Part shown: piece after piece, positions 17,908 through 19,005 of the stretch
How positions within the stretch are numbered: the stretch's first letter is position 1
Layout: the number at the start of each line of letters is the position of its first letter
Virus record (IMG/VR): IMGVR_UViG_2703718854_000004
Direction: 5' to 3' (one strand)
Length of the DNA stretch: 19,005 nucleotides
Source of the DNA: a virus
Lineage: Duplodnaviria > Heunggongvirae > Uroviricota > Caudoviricetes
The notes under the pieces: model-generated
Seen by the model: only the letters and a program-made list of their open reading frames with translations
Databases searched by the model: none
What the model was told of the DNA's origin: nothing
Translations under genes and position numbers: made by a program

Positions 17908-18114
17908 ATGAATAAAGAACAATCTGCTGATGATCCCTCCGTGGATCTGATTCGTGTAAAAAATATGCTTAATAGCACCATTTCTATGAGTTACCCTGAT
18001 GTTGTAATTGCATGTATAGAACATAAGGTGTCTCTGGAAGCATTCAGGGCAATTGAGGCAGCGTTGGTGAAGCACGATAATAATATGAAGGATTATTCCC
18101 TGGTGGTTGACTGA
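17908..18114 (+). CDS. Hypothetical small protein (68 aa), divergent from the 177-aa gene (lambdap79 position)
   Basis: Clean [71 protein letters not shown]; function unknown. Confidence 0.55.
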
Positions 18115-18278
18115 TCACCATAACTGCTAATCATTCAAACTACTTAACCTGTGACAGAGCCAACACGCAGTCTGTCACTGTCAGGAAAGTGGTAAAACTG
18201 CAACTCAATTACTGCAATGCCCTCGTAATTAAGTGAATTTACAATATCGTCCTGTTCGGAGGGAAGAACGCGGGATGT

Positions 18279-18473
18279 TCATTCTTCATCACTTTTAATT
18301 GATGTATATGCTCTCTTTTCTGACGTTAGCCTCCGACGGCAGGCTTCAATGACCCAGGCTGAGAAATTCCCGGACCCTTTTTGATCAAGAGCGATGTTAA
18401 TTTGTTCAATCATTTGGTTAGGAAAGCGGATGTTGCGGGTTGTTGTTCTGCGGGTTCTGTTCTTCGTTGACAT
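18279..18473 (-). CDS. YlcI/YnfO-like (DUF3950-like) small basic protein (64 aa), cos-proximal
   Basis: Translation MSTKNRTRRTTTRNIRFPNQMIEQINIALDQKGSGNFSAWVIEACRRRL resembles remembered YlcI-family prophage proteins; possible ribbon-helix-helix fold. Confidence 0.55.
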   Translation of the reverse strand: MSTKNRTRRTTTRNIRFPNQMIEQINIALDQKGSGNFSAWVIEACRRRLTSEKRAYTSIKSDEE

Positions 18474-18639
18474 GAGGTTGCCCCGTATTCAGTGTCGCTG
18501 ATTTGTATTGTCTGAAGTTGTTTTTACGTTAAGTTGATGCATATCAATTAATACGATACCTGCGTCATAATTGATTATTTGACGTGGTTTGATGGCGTAG
18601 ATGCACGTTGTGACATGTAGATGATAATTATTATCATTT

Positions 18640-18861
18640 TGCGGGTCCTTTCCGGCGATCCGACAGGTTACGGGGCGGCGACCTCGCGGGTTTTCGCTAT
18701 TTATGAAAATTTTCCGGTTTAAGGCGTTTCCGTTCTTCTTCGTCATAACTTAATGTTTTTATTTAAAATACCCTCTGAAAAGAAAGGAAACGACAGGTGC
18801 TGAAAGCGAGCTTTTTGGCCTCTGTCGTTTCCTTTCTCTGTTTTTGTCCGTGGAATGAACA
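18640..18861 (+). other. cos site: cosQ/cosN/cosB; 12-nt cohesive end GGGCGGCGACCT at 18673-18684
   Basis: Sequence ...GATCCGACAGGTTACG|GGGCGGCGACCTCGCGGGTTTTCGCTATTTATGAAAATTTTCC... matches the remembered joined right and left ends of lambda. Confidence 0.88.
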
Positions 18862-19005
18862 ATGGAAGTCAACAAAAAGCAGCTGGCTGACATTTTCGGT
18901 GCGAGTATCCGTACCATTCAGAACTGGCAGGAACAGGGAATGCCCGTTCTGCGAGGCGGTGGCAAGGGTAATGAGGTGCTTTATGACTCTGCCGCCGTCA
19001 TAAAA
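18862..19005 (+). CDS. nu1: Terminase small subunit Nu1, 5' partial (first 48 codons; runs off window end)
   Basis: Hand translation MEVNKKQLADIFGASIRTIQNWQEQGMPVLRGGGKGNEVLYDSAAVIK matches remembered lambda Nu1; the ORF-track entry 18797-19003 is in a different frame. Confidence 0.9.
   Translation, partial: MEVNKKQLADIFGASIRTIQNWQEQGMPVLRGGGKGNEVLYDSAAVIK

Noticed and set aside
17742-18075. Minus-strand ORFs (79 and 68 aa) over the divergent promoter and the 68-aa gene
   Set aside because: They overlap the AT-rich intergenic region and are antisense to the 68-aa gene; low-complexity translation
18489-18746. 85-aa minus-strand ORF
   Set aside because: It spans cosN/cosQ, which are physically split at the ends of the packaged genome, and lies in known non-coding right-end sequence with no RBS; likely spurious
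18797-19003. 68-aa plus-strand ORF overlapping the nu1 start
   Set aside because: Wrong frame; the authentic nu1 ATG is at 18862 in another frame, and this ORF begins at a non-ATG codon inside cosB

Overview
The window is a near-complete early-to-late segment of a lambda-type (lambdoid) prophage, identified by reading the ORF translations against remembered lambda/DLP12 proteins and by direct inspection of the DNA; no searches were run. Leftward block (minus strand, 1-7010): int, xis, ea8.5-like, a MazG-like/DUF551 protein, Ea22-like, TraR-like orf73, orf63, orf60a, exo, bet, gam, kil, cIII, ea10, ral, orf28. Then sieB (+), a 5'-truncated N remnant, nutR, cII, O (with ori iterons), P, ren, tR2, ninB. 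The nin region is non-lambda: a Dam-type adenine methyltransferase, ninE, a frame-broken gene, rusA and ylcG. It is followed by a phage-21/DLP12-type Q, an antisense porin moron, a phage-21-type lysis cassette (pinholin, SAR endolysin, Rz/Rz1), an Rha-family protein, an AT-rich divergent gene pair, cos, and the start of nu1. The most striking observation is that the whole immunity region (5' end of N, nutL/pL, rexAB, cI, pR, cro) is missing, with the N remnant joined within about 40 bp to nutR. Together with a frameshifted long-form gam start, an apparently truncated ral and a frame-broken gene upstream of rusA, this points to a decaying, repressor-less prophage. I do not see a convincingly new multi-gene system; the best candidates for uncharacterised cargo are the AT-rich pair at 17212-18114 and the MazG-like/DUF551 protein at 1962-2630. 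No tRNA, CRISPR array or IS element was seen.
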